A stretch of DNA of 64,000 nucleotides from a bacterium (GCA_030700025.1 JAUYKI010000006.1:13428-77427), one strand, 5' to 3'. Positions 51,801 through 61,730 are shown, counted from the stretch's first letter. Notes: a model not told the origin generated them from the letters alone. Numbers and translations are program-made.

Positions 51801-54800
51801 ATGTCCTCTGAAGAACACCAACAAAATTTTAAAGAGGCCTTGCTTCATTATTTTGGCATCTTAGTTTTAGCTTTAATTTTTCTTTTCCCGGGAAAGCCCC
51901 AGGCTGCTCCAGGGCCGTTGCCACAACTGGTGGGCTATCTTGCGGTGGATTCCGGCGCTAATGTTTTTCATACCTATGATTCTATAGATATCGCGGGAAC
52001 TAAAGTTTTTCTGGCTATGAAAAACCGCAATGTTATTCGGGTGGTAGATGTTTCGTCTCCAACGAACCCTGCCATTATTGCTACATCTTCTCCTTTAGCG
52101 GCAGATTTTTTTATCGGATTGGTAAATAATATCGCGTACACTATTATGGGAAATTATTTCCAAACGGTGGATATTTCCAATATAAATAATATGCCCGTTT
52201 TGGATAATTGGGGTTCGTATGGTTTGGCGCCAACCTCATTGGCTACTCGAAATGGTTATACCTATGTTTTGTATTTAATGGAGAACAAGATGCGAATTTT
52301 CGACGTAACTAATTCCGCTAATATTCAAAATGTCGGAACTATCAGCACTAGTCCGCACCCGGCCTATATTCGCATTAAAGATTCCTACGCCTATGTTATA
52401 ACCACAGGAATGTTGTCAGCGCCAACTCTAGAAATATATGATTTAGCCGATCCATCAAGGCCAATACAGGTTGGAAAAATTAGTACCGTATATGCCGCGC
52501 ATGGCCTTCGAATTGCCGGAAATTTTGCCTATGTATTAGTAGGCCTAAATACATTGCAAGCTTATGATATATCCGATCCGACACAACCAAGGGCCGTAAG
52601 CGCCATTCAAATTGATAATCAGTCGCCTGCTTTAGATATCGCCGGAAATTGCGCTTATGTAGTAAGCCGGGGAGCCAATACCTTGCAAGTTTTTAATATT
52701 GCCGACCCCTTGCACTTGAAAAGGTCTGGATCAGTTAATCTCGGTCCTGGCGTTACTCCGGCCGATATTAGGGTGACTAATAATTATGCTTATGTCGCTA
52801 ATAACTCCTCGCAAACATTACCGAGCCGATCGAATTTAGAGATTTTTGACATCAGCAACGTTCAGGCACAAGGATGCCCGGGCATTGATGCTACTTCGGT
52901 TTCGTTATCATCGGCTCCAATAGTAACTACGACCACCGCGATTCCGAATTCTTGTCCGGCGCTGGTGAATTTAAACCCGACCGTACAGGGTCAGACAGGC
53001 GTACTAGGAATATCTTATAATTTAGAAACTATCAAAGTTTCTGGAAATTGGGCGTTTGTTATTGCCCAGGATCTAAATACTTTAAATTCTATTAATATTT
53101 CCGACGTAACCCAGGTAGCTCTTAGAACTAGGCAAGGCGGCGCCAGCTTCATCAGAACCGGATCGCTCCCCCTTGATCTTTTTGTATCGGGAAATTTTGC
53201 TTACGTAATTACCGGTTCTAATTTGCTTCAGGTCTTTGACGTTTCTGACCCTTTAAATATGAGTTTGGTGGGAACGATTGCTACGCATCAAAGCCCAAAT
53301 TCGGTATTTGTTTCCGGCCAATATGCTTATGTAGTGAATACCGGACCTCGAACTTTGCAAATTTTTAACGTGGCTAACCCCCAAAATATCTCAGAGGTTA
53401 GTTCTTTAAAAGTAGATGGTGCCGGCTACGGCGTCGCGGTAACTAATGGTTACGCTTATGTGATTAATGGGATCGGAAAAGATTTGAGAGCTTATGACGT
53501 CAGTAATCCCGCTAATCCAAGATTGGCCGGATTGATTGGAACTACCGGCGCGCCCAGCGGTTTATTTATTAAAAATAATTTCGCTTACGTAGTTACACAT
53601 TTAGGATTAGAAATTTTTGATATTTCTAATCCATCCCAAATTCAGAAACGCGGCCAGTCAGCAGTCACCGCGTTATCCCGGTCAATATTTGTTACCGAAA
53701 ACTATGCCTATGTGGGAAAAATAAGCGGGGCAGTTGCCGATCCGAATAGTGGATCCACGGTTCAGGCCAATTGGGTAATTTTTGATATTTCCGATCCGGA
53801 TAATCCAAGAATCGCGGCCGGTAATTTTAGCAATCGGATTTTTGACTATGGACTTTATATGCGATCCACTTTTGTAGTTGGCAATTACGCTTTTGTCACC
53901 GAGAACTCCATCACTCGCGGCCAAAACAGTTCTATACGGGTTTTTTGCATTTCTCCTACAGAAAGCGGTGTGGCTTGCGGTTGTCCGCCGCCGACTCCAG
54001 CTCCAGCGCCCACTGTTGCCACAGCGGTTGCTCCACCCGTGAGTCCGGTGGTTACGGCGCCGACAACTAGCTCGCTTAATTTGGCATTAGCGCCGGAGTT
54101 GGTTGGTTCGGCCCAGACCGGAGACGAACCAGTTTCAATTTTTATTTATGGCCATCATTGTTACGTTATCAACCGCATTACCGGCTCGGTTCAAATTTTT
54201 GATATTTTGGATCCGAATAGTCCGGTTTTAGTAGGAGAGTTTCAAACTGATCCCGGGCCGGAGAGAATAGAAGTCGCGGACGGTTTTGCTTATGTGGTTA
54301 GCGGAGCTTCGGACACGCTCCAAATTTATAATGTTTCTGATCCCAGCAATCCGCGATGGGTAAGTTCCATCAGAACCGGCAGATTTCCGAATTTCATCCG
54401 AAGATCCGGGCAATATATTTACGTCACTAATCGGGATTCTAATACGTTACAAGTTTTTGATGTTTCCAATTCCGCGAGCCCGAGATTGGTTAGCAGCGCC
54501 AATTTAGGGCCTTGCACTTGCCACACCTACATAATTAATAATTATATTTATATTACTAATGAAGGATCTAATGCTTTGCAAGTTTTTGACATTGCGGATC
54601 CGACCCGTCCTCGTTTAGCCGGTTCGGCAATTACCCGGCCAAATCCCCGCGGAATTTATGTTTTTGGAAGCTATGCTTATGTTTTGAGTTATCAAGGAAA
54701 TACTCTGGAAGTTTTTGATGTCTCTAGTCCTTCCCGGCCTCGGTCGTTGGGTTGGACCAATACCGCCGCGGGCGCGCATTCCATTTTTATCCGGGGGCCT

Positions 54801-57320
54801 TACGCTTTTGTAACTGCTTTTGACGCCCACCAGCTCCAGGTTTTTGACATTAGCGATCCGGCTAGTCCGGCGCTGGTTACCTATATTAATACCGGGCCAT
54901 GCGCTTGCGGTTTATACGTTGCCGGAGATTACGCTTATGTTTTAAATACCAATGGAGACGCGCTTCAAGTTTTTGATATCAGCAGGGTATTGGCCCGTCG
55001 GGCGAATGCCAGGATATTGCGTCCCGTATTTATCAATCGTTTTAATACCGGAGCGGATCCGCAGGATCTTTGGGTAGCCGATCAAACTGTTTACGTAAAT
55101 CCTGTTTCGTCCGAAAGAGTCCAGATTATTGATTTTTCCAATCCGGATAATCCGGTGAATGTCGGCATTGTCCGTACCAATGGCGATTCGCGCTCGGTTT
55201 TTGTGTTTGATTGCTTGACTGGAAAATGTTTGTGCGTAGTAAATTGGATTACTAATACAATTCAGATTTTTGATATTTCCAACCCGAATCGTCCGCGGGA
55301 AACGGGCCGGGCTAATTTAAGTTTGGGCGCTTGGGACGTAGACGTTGCGGCGCCCTACGCTTATTCGGTGAGTTATAACTCCGGAATCTTAGAAGTTACT
55401 GATTTATCCAATCCTAATAGTCCGGCAGTAGTGGGCCGGGCCAGCACTAATCCCCAGCCATTCGCGGTTGAAGTAGCCGGCAGTTATGCCTATGTAATTA
55501 GTTTTGGTTCCGACGAAAGCCCGACAGCGCGGGGAACATTGGAAATTTTTAATGTTTCTAACCCATTTTTGCCGGTTCGGGTCAGCAGTATTCCAACCAG
55601 CAGAAGCCCCAGAGGAATTTTTATTTCCGGCAATAATGCGTACGTAGTTAACTGGGACGCCAATAATTTAGAAGTTTTTGATATTACTTCGCCGTTTAAC
55701 CCTAGCTTGATTGGTTCTATCGGCACCGGCCAGAATCCGCGATCTGTATTTGTAGAAAATAATCTTGCTTATGTCGCGAATACCGGATCGGATACTTTGC
55801 AAGTGTTTGACGTTTCCAATCCTTCGGCAATGGCTCTTCTTTATGATTTAGCAACTGATCAGGATCCAAGAGCGGTTTTCGTTGATGACCCATTTGTTTA
55901 CGTCGCTAATAGCGGTCCGGACACGGTTCAAGTATTTGATCTTTACGGCGGCACCAGTGTTTTTCCGTCCGCATCTCCATTAGCAGAATTTTTTGCAGCG
56001 GCTTTGCCTCCGGAAGCGGTAACAGTTGTCGGAGAGGCGAGGTCAATTGAATTGGCTTTATCATCGCCAGTGACGGCAGAGGAATCAGAATTGATTTCGC
56101 CGTTGACCGAGGGCGTAACGGAGCCGGTTGCGCTGCCGGAAGATGAAGTTGTAGCAGCTCAGCTCCAAACTCCAGGACAGCCGGAAAATCTGGTAGACGA
56201 ATCCATAACCCCGGTAATTCCGATACTGGAATTACAAACTCCTAATTTATTTGCGCCGGAAATTTACAATAGCCAATTATCAGCTCCGGCGCCCGCTCCG
56301 ATTGCGGTTTCTTTATCTCCGCAAGAACAATTAAATATTACTGCGAATCAAGAAAGAGCTAGGCAGGCAGCTCAATTAGCGAGACAAGCCGTATCCGAAG
56401 CGCGTTTATTGGCGGATCAGGCGGAGGCGGTGGCGGATCAGGCGAGGAATTCAATCAATGAAGCGGAGCGGGCGATTTATCCGTCGCTTCTGGCTATGAA
56501 TCCGAACAATCTTATTAATTTGCCGCAATTGGGCGTTCCCGGGGCGCAAGGAGTTATTCAAGCAAGCCAGGAAATCGCCGAGCAATTGCAAGAAGCAGTA
56601 ACGGCAATGGAAGAAGCGATTGAAGAAGCGGAACAATCGGCAGAGGTAGCGCAAGCTGAATTAGAAAATGCCGAGAATGCAGTTAGCGTTTCTGATGCCC
56701 AATCCGCAGCCGACAGAGTCCAAGATGCTGTTGATGACGTTGTGGCTCAAACCAATGAAGCGTCGGCGCAAGCGGAACAAATTTTGGCGTTAGCCGAACA
56801 GGTCAGCCAAATTACGGAACAAGCCGATGTTTTGGCTGAGTCCGCGTCGGTTTTGCCGGATTCCATTATAGCTTCGGACCTAAGTCAATTAACGGCCGAC
56901 CTACTTTCCTTAGAAGGGGACCGCCGTATGACTGGCGGAGGAAGTTTTGCCGATGCTACGCATGGCTTTGAATTACATTGCGACGCTAATGATTTGCCGA
57001 ATAATTTAGAAATTAATTGGCTGGGACGCGGACGAAGTTCGGGAAGCCATTATTTTCATTTAGAAAATCTAGTTTCTGCCGTTTGCAGTGATGATTCCGA
57101 AATTGACGAGGAGATGCCGGTGGCGGGATTTGATACTTATGTCGGATCGGGCCACGGTCGGTATGACGGAATTTCCGGCGCGACAATAGAATTTACTTTA
57201 ACGGATGCCGGCGAGCCGGGCAGAAATGATTTTACCAAAGTGGTAATTAAAGATAAGGACGGCGCAGTAGTTTTGGATGCTTCCGGCGCTCTTAAGTTCG
57301 GCAATCATCAGGCGCATTAA
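51801..57320 (+). CDS. giant surface protein with >25 LVIVD-type beta-propeller repeats, Pro/Thr linker, coiled-coil region and unique C-terminal domain
   Basis: 1839 aa; signal-anchor; repeated units ...YAYV...LQVFDISNPxxPxxVG...; APTPAPAP linker ~aa 720; AEQ-rich coiled coil ~aa 1500-1650. Confidence 0.75.
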   Translation: MSSEEHQQNFKEALLHYFGILVLALIFLFPGKPQAAPGPLPQLVGYLAVDSGANVFHTYDSIDIAGTKVFLAMKNRNVIRVVDVSSPTNPAIIATSSPLAADFFIGLVNNIAYTIMGNYFQTVDISNINNMPVLDNWGSYGLAPTSLATRNGYTYVLYLMENKMRIFDVTNSANIQNVGTISTSPHPAYIRIKDSYAYVITTGMLSAPTLEIYDLADPSRPIQVGKISTVYAAHGLRIAGNFAYVLVGLNTLQAYDISDPTQPRAVSAIQIDNQSPALDIAGNCAYVVSRGANTLQVFNIADPLHLKRSGSVNLGPGVTPADIRVTNNYAYVANNSSQTLPSRSNLEIFDISNVQAQGCPGIDATSVSLSSAPIVTTTTAIPNSCPALVNLNPTVQGQTGVLGISYNLETIKVSGNWAFVIAQDLNTLNSINISDVTQVALRTRQGGASFIRTGSLPLDLFVSGNFAYVITGSNLLQVFDVSDPLNMSLVGTIATHQSPNSVFVSGQYAYVVNTGPRTLQIFNVANPQNISEVSSLKVDGAGYGVAVTNGYAYVINGIGKDLRAYDVSNPANPRLAGLIGTTGAPSGLFIKNNFAYVVTHLGLEIFDISNPSQIQKRGQSAVTALSRSIFVTENYAYVGKISGAVADPNSGSTVQANWVIFDISDPDNPRIAAGNFSNRIFDYGLYMRSTFVVGNYAFVTENSITRGQNSSIRVFCISPTESGVACGCPPPTPAPAPTVATAVAPPVSPVVTAPTTSSLNLALAPELVGSAQTGDEPVSIFIYGHHCYVINRITGSVQIFDILDPNSPVLVGEFQTDPGPERIEVADGFAYVVSGASDTLQIYNVSDPSNPRWVSSIRTGRFPNFIRRSGQYIYVTNRDSNTLQVFDVSNSASPRLVSSANLGPCTCHTYIINNYIYITNEGSNALQVFDIADPTRPRLAGSAITRPNPRGIYVFGSYAYVLSYQGNTLEVFDVSSPSRPRSLGWTNTAAGAHSIFIRGPYAFVTAFDAHQLQVFDISDPASPALVTYINTGPCACGLYVAGDYAYVLNTNGDALQVFDISRVLARRANARILRPVFINRFNTGADPQDLWVADQTVYVNPVSSERVQIIDFSNPDNPVNVGIVRTNGDSRSVFVFDCLTGKCLCVVNWITNTIQIFDISNPNRPRETGRANLSLGAWDVDVAAPYAYSVSYNSGILEVTDLSNPNSPAVVGRASTNPQPFAVEVAGSYAYVISFGSDESPTARGTLEIFNVSNPFLPVRVSSIPTSRSPRGIFISGNNAYVVNWDANNLEVFDITSPFNPSLIGSIGTGQNPRSVFVENNLAYVANTGSDTLQVFDVSNPSAMALLYDLATDQDPRAVFVDDPFVYVANSGPDTVQVFDLYGGTSVFPSASPLAEFFAAALPPEAVTVVGEARSIELALSSPVTAEESELISPLTEGVTEPVALPEDEVVAAQLQTPGQPENLVDESITPVIPILELQTPNLFAPEIYNSQLSAPAPAPIAVSLSPQEQLNITANQERARQAAQLARQAVSEARLLADQAEAVADQARNSINEAERAIYPSLLAMNPNNLINLPQLGVPGAQGVIQASQEIAEQLQEAVTAMEEAIEEAEQSAEVAQAELENAENAVSVSDAQSAADRVQDAVDDVVAQTNEASAQAEQILALAEQVSQITEQADVLAESASVLPDSIIASDLSQLTADLLSLEGDRRMTGGGSFADATHGFELHCDANDLPNNLEINWLGRGRSSGSHYFHLENLVSAVCSDDSEIDEEMPVAGFDTYVGSGHGRYDGISGATIEFTLTDAGEPGRNDFTKVVIKDKDGAVVLDASGALKFGNHQAH

Positions 57321-57345
57321 TGTATCCTCGGGCATATTGTTTTTC

Positions 57346-57435
57346 GGAAACAGAATAAATTTTTTCCAGCGAAAAATTTTTCTTCGCCCTCAGCGCATTT
57401 TGTGGTCCAAGCAAAATGCGCCTGCGGGATGTTCC
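57346..57435 (-). repeat. Family-1 element, copy F (core; flanks ATATTGTTTTT / AAAAACAATAT)
   Basis: second stem AAATTTTT/AAAAATTT; first stem carries compensatory GCGCATTTTG...CAAAATGCGC. Confidence 0.85.
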
Positions 57436-57517
57436 TAAAAACAATATACCCTTAGCTAATTGACTCAATTTTAAGGAAATAAAAAAAACCGCCGGTTCAT
57501 CCAGCGGTAAATATATT

Positions 57518-57811
57518 TTATGCAATGCGTAAAACAAGCATTGAATTTGGGAAGATACTAGAAACACCCCTCAGATTCTCCGCTCTTCCATGAGTAGAAG
57601 AGGTAAGTACCTCAATGGTCCCGACGGAATGAGCTTTAGTAAAAATACGGGATATCCCCCGAAATCCTCCATGCCCGCTATTATCTCCCGGCAAAGGAAA
57701 ACAAATAAACTTCTCATAGACTTTAAGCTCTCCAAAAGTCATCGGCTCAAAACAAGCGGCCGATTCTTGAACAATTCTCTTCTTTAAATCTTTAGCGGCT
57801 TTAGATGTCAT
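57518..57811 (-). CDS. hypothetical protein
   Basis: 97 aa; promoter ATGACA-18-TAATAT and RBS GGAGGGAAG upstream; terminator-like hairpin downstream. Confidence 0.5.
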   Translation of the reverse strand: MTSKAAKDLKKRIVQESAACFEPMTFGELKVYEKFICFPLPGDNSGHGGFRGISRIFTKAHSVGTIEVLTSSTHGRAENLRGVSSIFPNSMLVLRIA

Positions 57812-57848
57812 TTATTTCTTCCCTCCATCAAAGAGCTTCAGTAACAGG

Positions 57849-57879
57849 ATATTAGCATATTAATAGCTTGTTTGTCATA
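57849..57879 (-). promoter_or_regulatory. promoter module ATGACA-18-TAATAT (copy 1 of duplicated 35-bp promoter)
   Basis: 35-bp near-identical direct repeat with 58462-58496; immediately upstream of 57518-57811 gene with RBS. Confidence 0.55.
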
Positions 57880-57896
57880 CTCGAGCGAAGCTGACA

Positions 57897-58120
57897 CCCC
57901 CTTCCTGGGTATTTAGCGAGGAAATCTTTATTCTCCGTAGCGCGGGCTGAGGGCTGAGCGGGCAGGGTGTCCCGCGAAGCGGGACGAGCGAAGCCCGAGA
58001 CCCAGTGAAAACTTCCCTCACTCTTGTACAAAAGTGAGGGACTGGGAGTTTGAATTGTAGCGGGAGAATAAAGGTTTCCGAGTAAGGTGTTGAGGAGCGG
58101 TGGCTCGGCTGAGCGCTGAG
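57897..58120 (-). repeat. Family-3 mosaic repeat region (inverted homolog of 14166-14270 + 14403-14470 and modules of 12226-12530)
   Basis: shares ~90-bp unit CGCTAC..TTCAAACTCCCAGTCCCTCACTTTTGTACAAGAGTGAGGGAAGTTTTCACTGGG..TTCGCTCG and others with the 14.2-kb and 12.3-kb loci. Confidence 0.75.
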
Positions 58121-58130
58121 ATAGGTCTAA

Positions 58131-58168
58131 AAGAAATAAAAAAGCCGCGCTATAGTATCGCGCGGCTT
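58131..58168 (-). terminator. rho-independent terminator after zinc-ribbon gene
   Basis: AAGCCGCGCTATAGTATCGCGCGGCTT with T-run on minus strand. Confidence 0.65.
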
Positions 58169-58190
58169 GCTTGAACTAATTATTCTCGAA

Positions 58191-58427
58191 TTACCTTCTG
58201 TTGGGTAAACTCTTGGCCAGGACGGGTTCTTTGCGGGGAGGGATAGGCTCGGGCGAAGAATTTAAAAAGTGTCTTTGTACTTCTGCTCCGGTCACCGGTC
58301 CTTTCACGCCAGCTACATTAAACTTAGCTTTGGCACCCGCGGGACAATCGCAGGGTAAATCATTATTTCCCGTCTCCCAAACTCCAGTGCCTCCGCACTT
58401 CTTACATTCAGAGTCTATCTCTAGCAT
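58191..58427 (-). CDS. small zinc-ribbon protein (CxxCxGxG ... CxC), hypothetical
   Basis: start moved to internal ATG after RBS GGAGGAG; upstream ATG at 58475 lies inside the -10 of its own promoter TTGACA-18-TAATAT; CKKCGGTG motif; terminator 58142-58168. Confidence 0.5.
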   Translation of the reverse strand: MLEIDSECKKCGGTGVWETGNNDLPCDCPAGAKAKFNVAGVKGPVTGAEVQRHFLNSSPEPIPPRKEPVLAKSLPNRR

Positions 58428-58464
58428 TTTTTCTCCTCCACGGTAAAGAACATCACCGTGACAG

Positions 58465-58495
58465 GATATTAGCATATCAATAGCTTGTTTGTCAA
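58465..58495 (-). promoter_or_regulatory. promoter module TTGACA-18-TAATAT (copy 2)
   Basis: same 35-bp module upstream of the zinc-ribbon gene 58191-58427. Confidence 0.55.
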
Positions 58496-58499
58496 GTTG

Positions 58500-58766
58500 A
58501 ACCTATCCCTATAATATTTTCCACCGCGATATTAGTCAATTTTATTCAGAACTAGGCTATGAGGGCGAAGCTGTGGTTTTACCACGCTGAGTCCGAGTAA
58601 CGACGTTATGGATAAAATTGGCTATATCCCGTAGGGTTGCGGTCTAAATTGAAAATTTCGTTGTTCTGCCTCGGAGCTATAGCTTAGGCTATAAACCTCC
58701 TCGGCACGCCTAGAAATTTTCAATTTATCTTGACAACGCGGTTAGGAAATATTATAGGGATAGGTT
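58500..58766. repeat. ~265-bp element bounded by 28/30-bp terminal inverted repeats (AACCTATCCCTATAATATTTTCCACCGCG / CGCGGTTAGGAAATATTATAGGGATAGGTT)
   Basis: arms seen directly; inner inverted repeat TAAATTGAAAATTTC / GAAATTTTCAATTTA; right arm overlaps promoter/RBS of 58769 gene. Confidence 0.7.
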
Positions 58767-58768
58767 CT

Positions 58769-60049
58769 ATGCTATACTTAAAAGTGTTGAGTTTTAATGG
58801 GATAAATACTCCACTTAACGGTATTCGCGGCCTATCCGGCAAGTTAGGCGGGGTTATACGGGGAGTACGGGATAGCTTTTCAAGCCTGATTTTTTCGGGA
58901 GATAAATACCTGGTAATTGAAGTTTTAGACCATCATTTACAAGTTACTTTTCTTAAAGCGGACTTAGCTCAAAAGAAAATCCGCGTAATTAAAAATTGGA
59001 ACCGCCCCCTTAAGCAATTCGATACCGCTATCGTTGTTAAAGACGTCGCGCGGATTTTTAAAAAAATCCGGAAGCCGTCTAAGTGCAATATAGTTCTTAA
59101 TTTAGATTCTAATTTAGCCACGACTATTTATTCTTCGGCGTCGCTGGTCCGTCAAAATCCCAGCGATACCATTGATGAGGCGGATATTGATAATTTAATT
59201 TCCCAAGCAGTTTGGAGATTTTTTGATCGGCAAAGAATGAAGGTGGCGCAAAAAATGGGAATAGACGATATTGATGTTTTATTGAGCGATGTCCGGATCC
59301 GCGGCATTAAGTTGGATGGCCACAAAGTAATCAATCCGATCGGCTTTGCGTCTAAGTCGGTAGAGTTTTATTTCAGCCAAACTTTTGTTCCGCGAGATTT
59401 TATCCGGGCGCTGCGCGAGGCAGTCCCGCTCAACCAAATAGTATTTATGGCGGAAGCGGGCACGGTCTTGGCTCACAATGCTCTGAATATCCTAAAAGAC
59501 GACCATCTTTTCTTGGTTAATCTATTTCCAAACCAAACTGTTTTGTATAAAGCCCAAGCTGGAAAGCTCGCTTACTTGGATAAATACCCCTGGGGGCAAA
59601 AGGATTTGCTCGCCTCTATGGAAAATCATTTACAGACCGATCCCGCGGTATCAGCCAGCGTTATAGATTTATATAATAAAAATACGGTTTCGCCGGTTTT
59701 TTCCCGCCGGCTGGAGAACATCCTGATTAAAGAAACCCAGCTTTTTTTAAACGGCTTGGAGGCGCTGGTAGACGAAAATCCGGCTAAAATTTACTTTAAT
59801 CCGTATTTCAATATTCCGGTTACGATTTTGAATTCCCGTTTTCAAAACCGGTCTTTAAAGAATTTAAAGATTTCCGAGTTATCCCAAGATTTGGTTTCCG
59901 ATAGTTTTGGTTTTGAGGTAAAATTGAATAAGTCTGTCCGGCTGGGAAATTCGCTGATGCTCCTGGCAATTTTATCGGAGATGGCCTCTTTGCCGAAAAA
60001 TGACAAATTAAGTTACCTGGCAAAAAGGCGAGTCCGCTGGCTATCATGA
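58769..60049 (+). CDS. hypothetical protein, possibly actin-like ATPase fold (FtsA/PilM-like)
   Basis: RBS AGGGATAGG before ATG 58769 (track start 58730 is TTG); N-terminal YLVIEVLDHHLQV resembles FtsA/PilM phosphate-1 strand; weak. Confidence 0.3.
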   Translation: MLYLKVLSFNGINTPLNGIRGLSGKLGGVIRGVRDSFSSLIFSGDKYLVIEVLDHHLQVTFLKADLAQKKIRVIKNWNRPLKQFDTAIVVKDVARIFKKIRKPSKCNIVLNLDSNLATTIYSSASLVRQNPSDTIDEADIDNLISQAVWRFFDRQRMKVAQKMGIDDIDVLLSDVRIRGIKLDGHKVINPIGFASKSVEFYFSQTFVPRDFIRALREAVPLNQIVFMAEAGTVLAHNALNILKDDHLFLVNLFPNQTVLYKAQAGKLAYLDKYPWGQKDLLASMENHLQTDPAVSASVIDLYNKNTVSPVFSRRLENILIKETQLFLNGLEALVDENPAKIYFNPYFNIPVTILNSRFQNRSLKNLKISELSQDLVSDSFGFEVKLNKSVRLGNSLMLLAILSEMASLPKNDKLSYLAKRRVRWLS

Positions 60050-60149
60050 CAGTATGCGAATGCCTTAACGAATAGGCGCATACGAATAAATTTTATATTT
60101 GTATAATTAGTATGAATTCGTATATTAGTATTACATTACAGTAAAGCAT

Positions 60150-61730
60150 ATGACTAAAAAAATAACAGTTAATAAAAGCGACGAAGCGGCAATAATAGTG
60201 GAGAAAATTATAGAATCCGATGCTAAGGAGGTAATTTTGAGCATTCCGAGGTTTTCCCACTTAGCCGAATCTTTAAGCAATTTCCATCTTTTGAAACGGG
60301 AAGCTGAGACTTTGGGCAAGAAAGTTTTAATAGAGTCGGTAGACGACCGGGTAGTGGAGCTGGCCGCTCTTAGCGGCCTGAAAGCAGTTAATCCATTTTT
60401 TACCAAAAGTAAAAAACAATTTTCGGATATTGTTGCCCCTAGGGCCAAACAAAAATCCGAGGAATCCCAAAAAGCCCATTTTATTCCTTCTAGATTCGCG
60501 GTGGAATCTTTGGAAGAAAAGCCGCCGGCTCCCCGCCAGCGTTTAGGAATGAAATTATTCAGCCTGTCGAAATTCTGGCTTCCTAGTTTGTCGGTATTTC
60601 GGCGGGTTTCCTGGCAGTGGGTGCTAGCGGTAGTTATCATAACCGCGGTTTCTTGGGTTCTATTAAAAGAACTTCCCAGAGCGGATATTAATCTGGTAGT
60701 TCAAAAATCCGAGTGGTCTTATAATGATTCTATTTTGGCGGATAAATCGGCCAAGGTGGACCCTCAATCTTTAACAGTCCCAAGCCAAATTTTTACTCAG
60801 AAAAAAAACGCGGAAATGAGATTTCCGGCTACCGGAAAAAAACAAGTTGAAAGAAAGGCAATCGGAAAGATGGTTGTTTATAATAGCTATAGTTCCGAGG
60901 CCCAGCCATTAGTTGCCAACACTCGTTTCATATCTCCGGACGGAAAACTTTTTCGGCTGGTTAAGGGCATTGTTGTTCCGGGCGCTAAAATTATAGAAGG
61001 CCAAATAGTCCCTTCTAATATAGAAACTGATGTTGTCGCGGATCAGGCGGGCCCGGAATACAATATTGAACCGGTAAAACTTTTTACTATCCCAGGGTTT
61101 AAAGGAAGTCCTAAATATCAGGCGTTTTACGGAGAGTCAAAAGAATCCATGGCCGGAGGTTTTATCGGCGAAGTCGCGTATCCAACGCCGGATGATATTA
61201 AGTCTGCCAAAGCGCGCGTTGCCCAAGCATTGGGAGATGACTTGAAAGCCACGATTTTTTCCCAAATGCCGGAAGGATTCAAGATTTTAAATGAAGCAAC
61301 CAGTTTTAGCACGGTTAGCCAGACAGTTAAAGAAGAAGTAGACGGCGAAAATAATTTTTCTATTTTCTCGGAAGCGAAAATGACTGTAATTGGTTTTAAG
61401 GATAGTGATGTGCTGGACATTTTGAGGTTGCGCGCTCAAGAGGAGCGGGGGATGGAGTTTAAAATTCAGGCAAGTGATCTGAAATACGGCTTGGGCCGGG
61501 CCGATTTCCAGAGCGGAAAAATGAGCTTTTTGGTGGAGTTTAGGGCTAGTTTGTGGCACAGGGTAGATATTGAATCTTTAAAGAATCGGTCGGCTGGCCG
61601 CCCCGAAAATGATCTAAAGGCTATTATCTTCGCCCTGCCGGGAGTAGAAAGCGCCACGGTTTCTCTTTGGCCGTTCTGGGTAGGCAAGGTACCGGTGGAT
61701 TTGGGCAAAATCCGCATCACAGTTGACTAA
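60150..61730 (+). CDS. bitopic membrane protein with large extracytoplasmic domain, hypothetical
   Basis: 526 aa; ~140-aa cytoplasmic N-terminus, single TM (WVLAVVIITAVSWVLL), ~350-aa C-terminal domain. Confidence 0.45.
   Translation: MTKKITVNKSDEAAIIVEKIIESDAKEVILSIPRFSHLAESLSNFHLLKREAETLGKKVLIESVDDRVVELAALSGLKAVNPFFTKSKKQFSDIVAPRAKQKSEESQKAHFIPSRFAVESLEEKPPAPRQRLGMKLFSLSKFWLPSLSVFRRVSWQWVLAVVIITAVSWVLLKELPRADINLVVQKSEWSYNDSILADKSAKVDPQSLTVPSQIFTQKKNAEMRFPATGKKQVERKAIGKMVVYNSYSSEAQPLVANTRFISPDGKLFRLVKGIVVPGAKIIEGQIVPSNIETDVVADQAGPEYNIEPVKLFTIPGFKGSPKYQAFYGESKESMAGGFIGEVAYPTPDDIKSAKARVAQALGDDLKATIFSQMPEGFKILNEATSFSTVSQTVKEEVDGENNFSIFSEAKMTVIGFKDSDVLDILRLRAQEERGMEFKIQASDLKYGLGRADFQSGKMSFLVEFRASLWHRVDIESLKNRSAGRPENDLKAIIFALPGVESATVSLWPFWVGKVPVDLGKIRITVD

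Noticed and set aside
58500-58766. Known structured RNA (RNase P RNA, SRP RNA, tmRNA) in the large inverted-repeat region
   Set aside because: No P4/CR-I motifs, SRP domain IV motif or tRNA-like ends were found. Structure is better explained as a TIR-bounded element.
60131-60640. 169-aa minus-strand ORF
   Set aside because: It is antisense to the 5-prime part of the 526-aa membrane protein gene, with no RBS or promoter.
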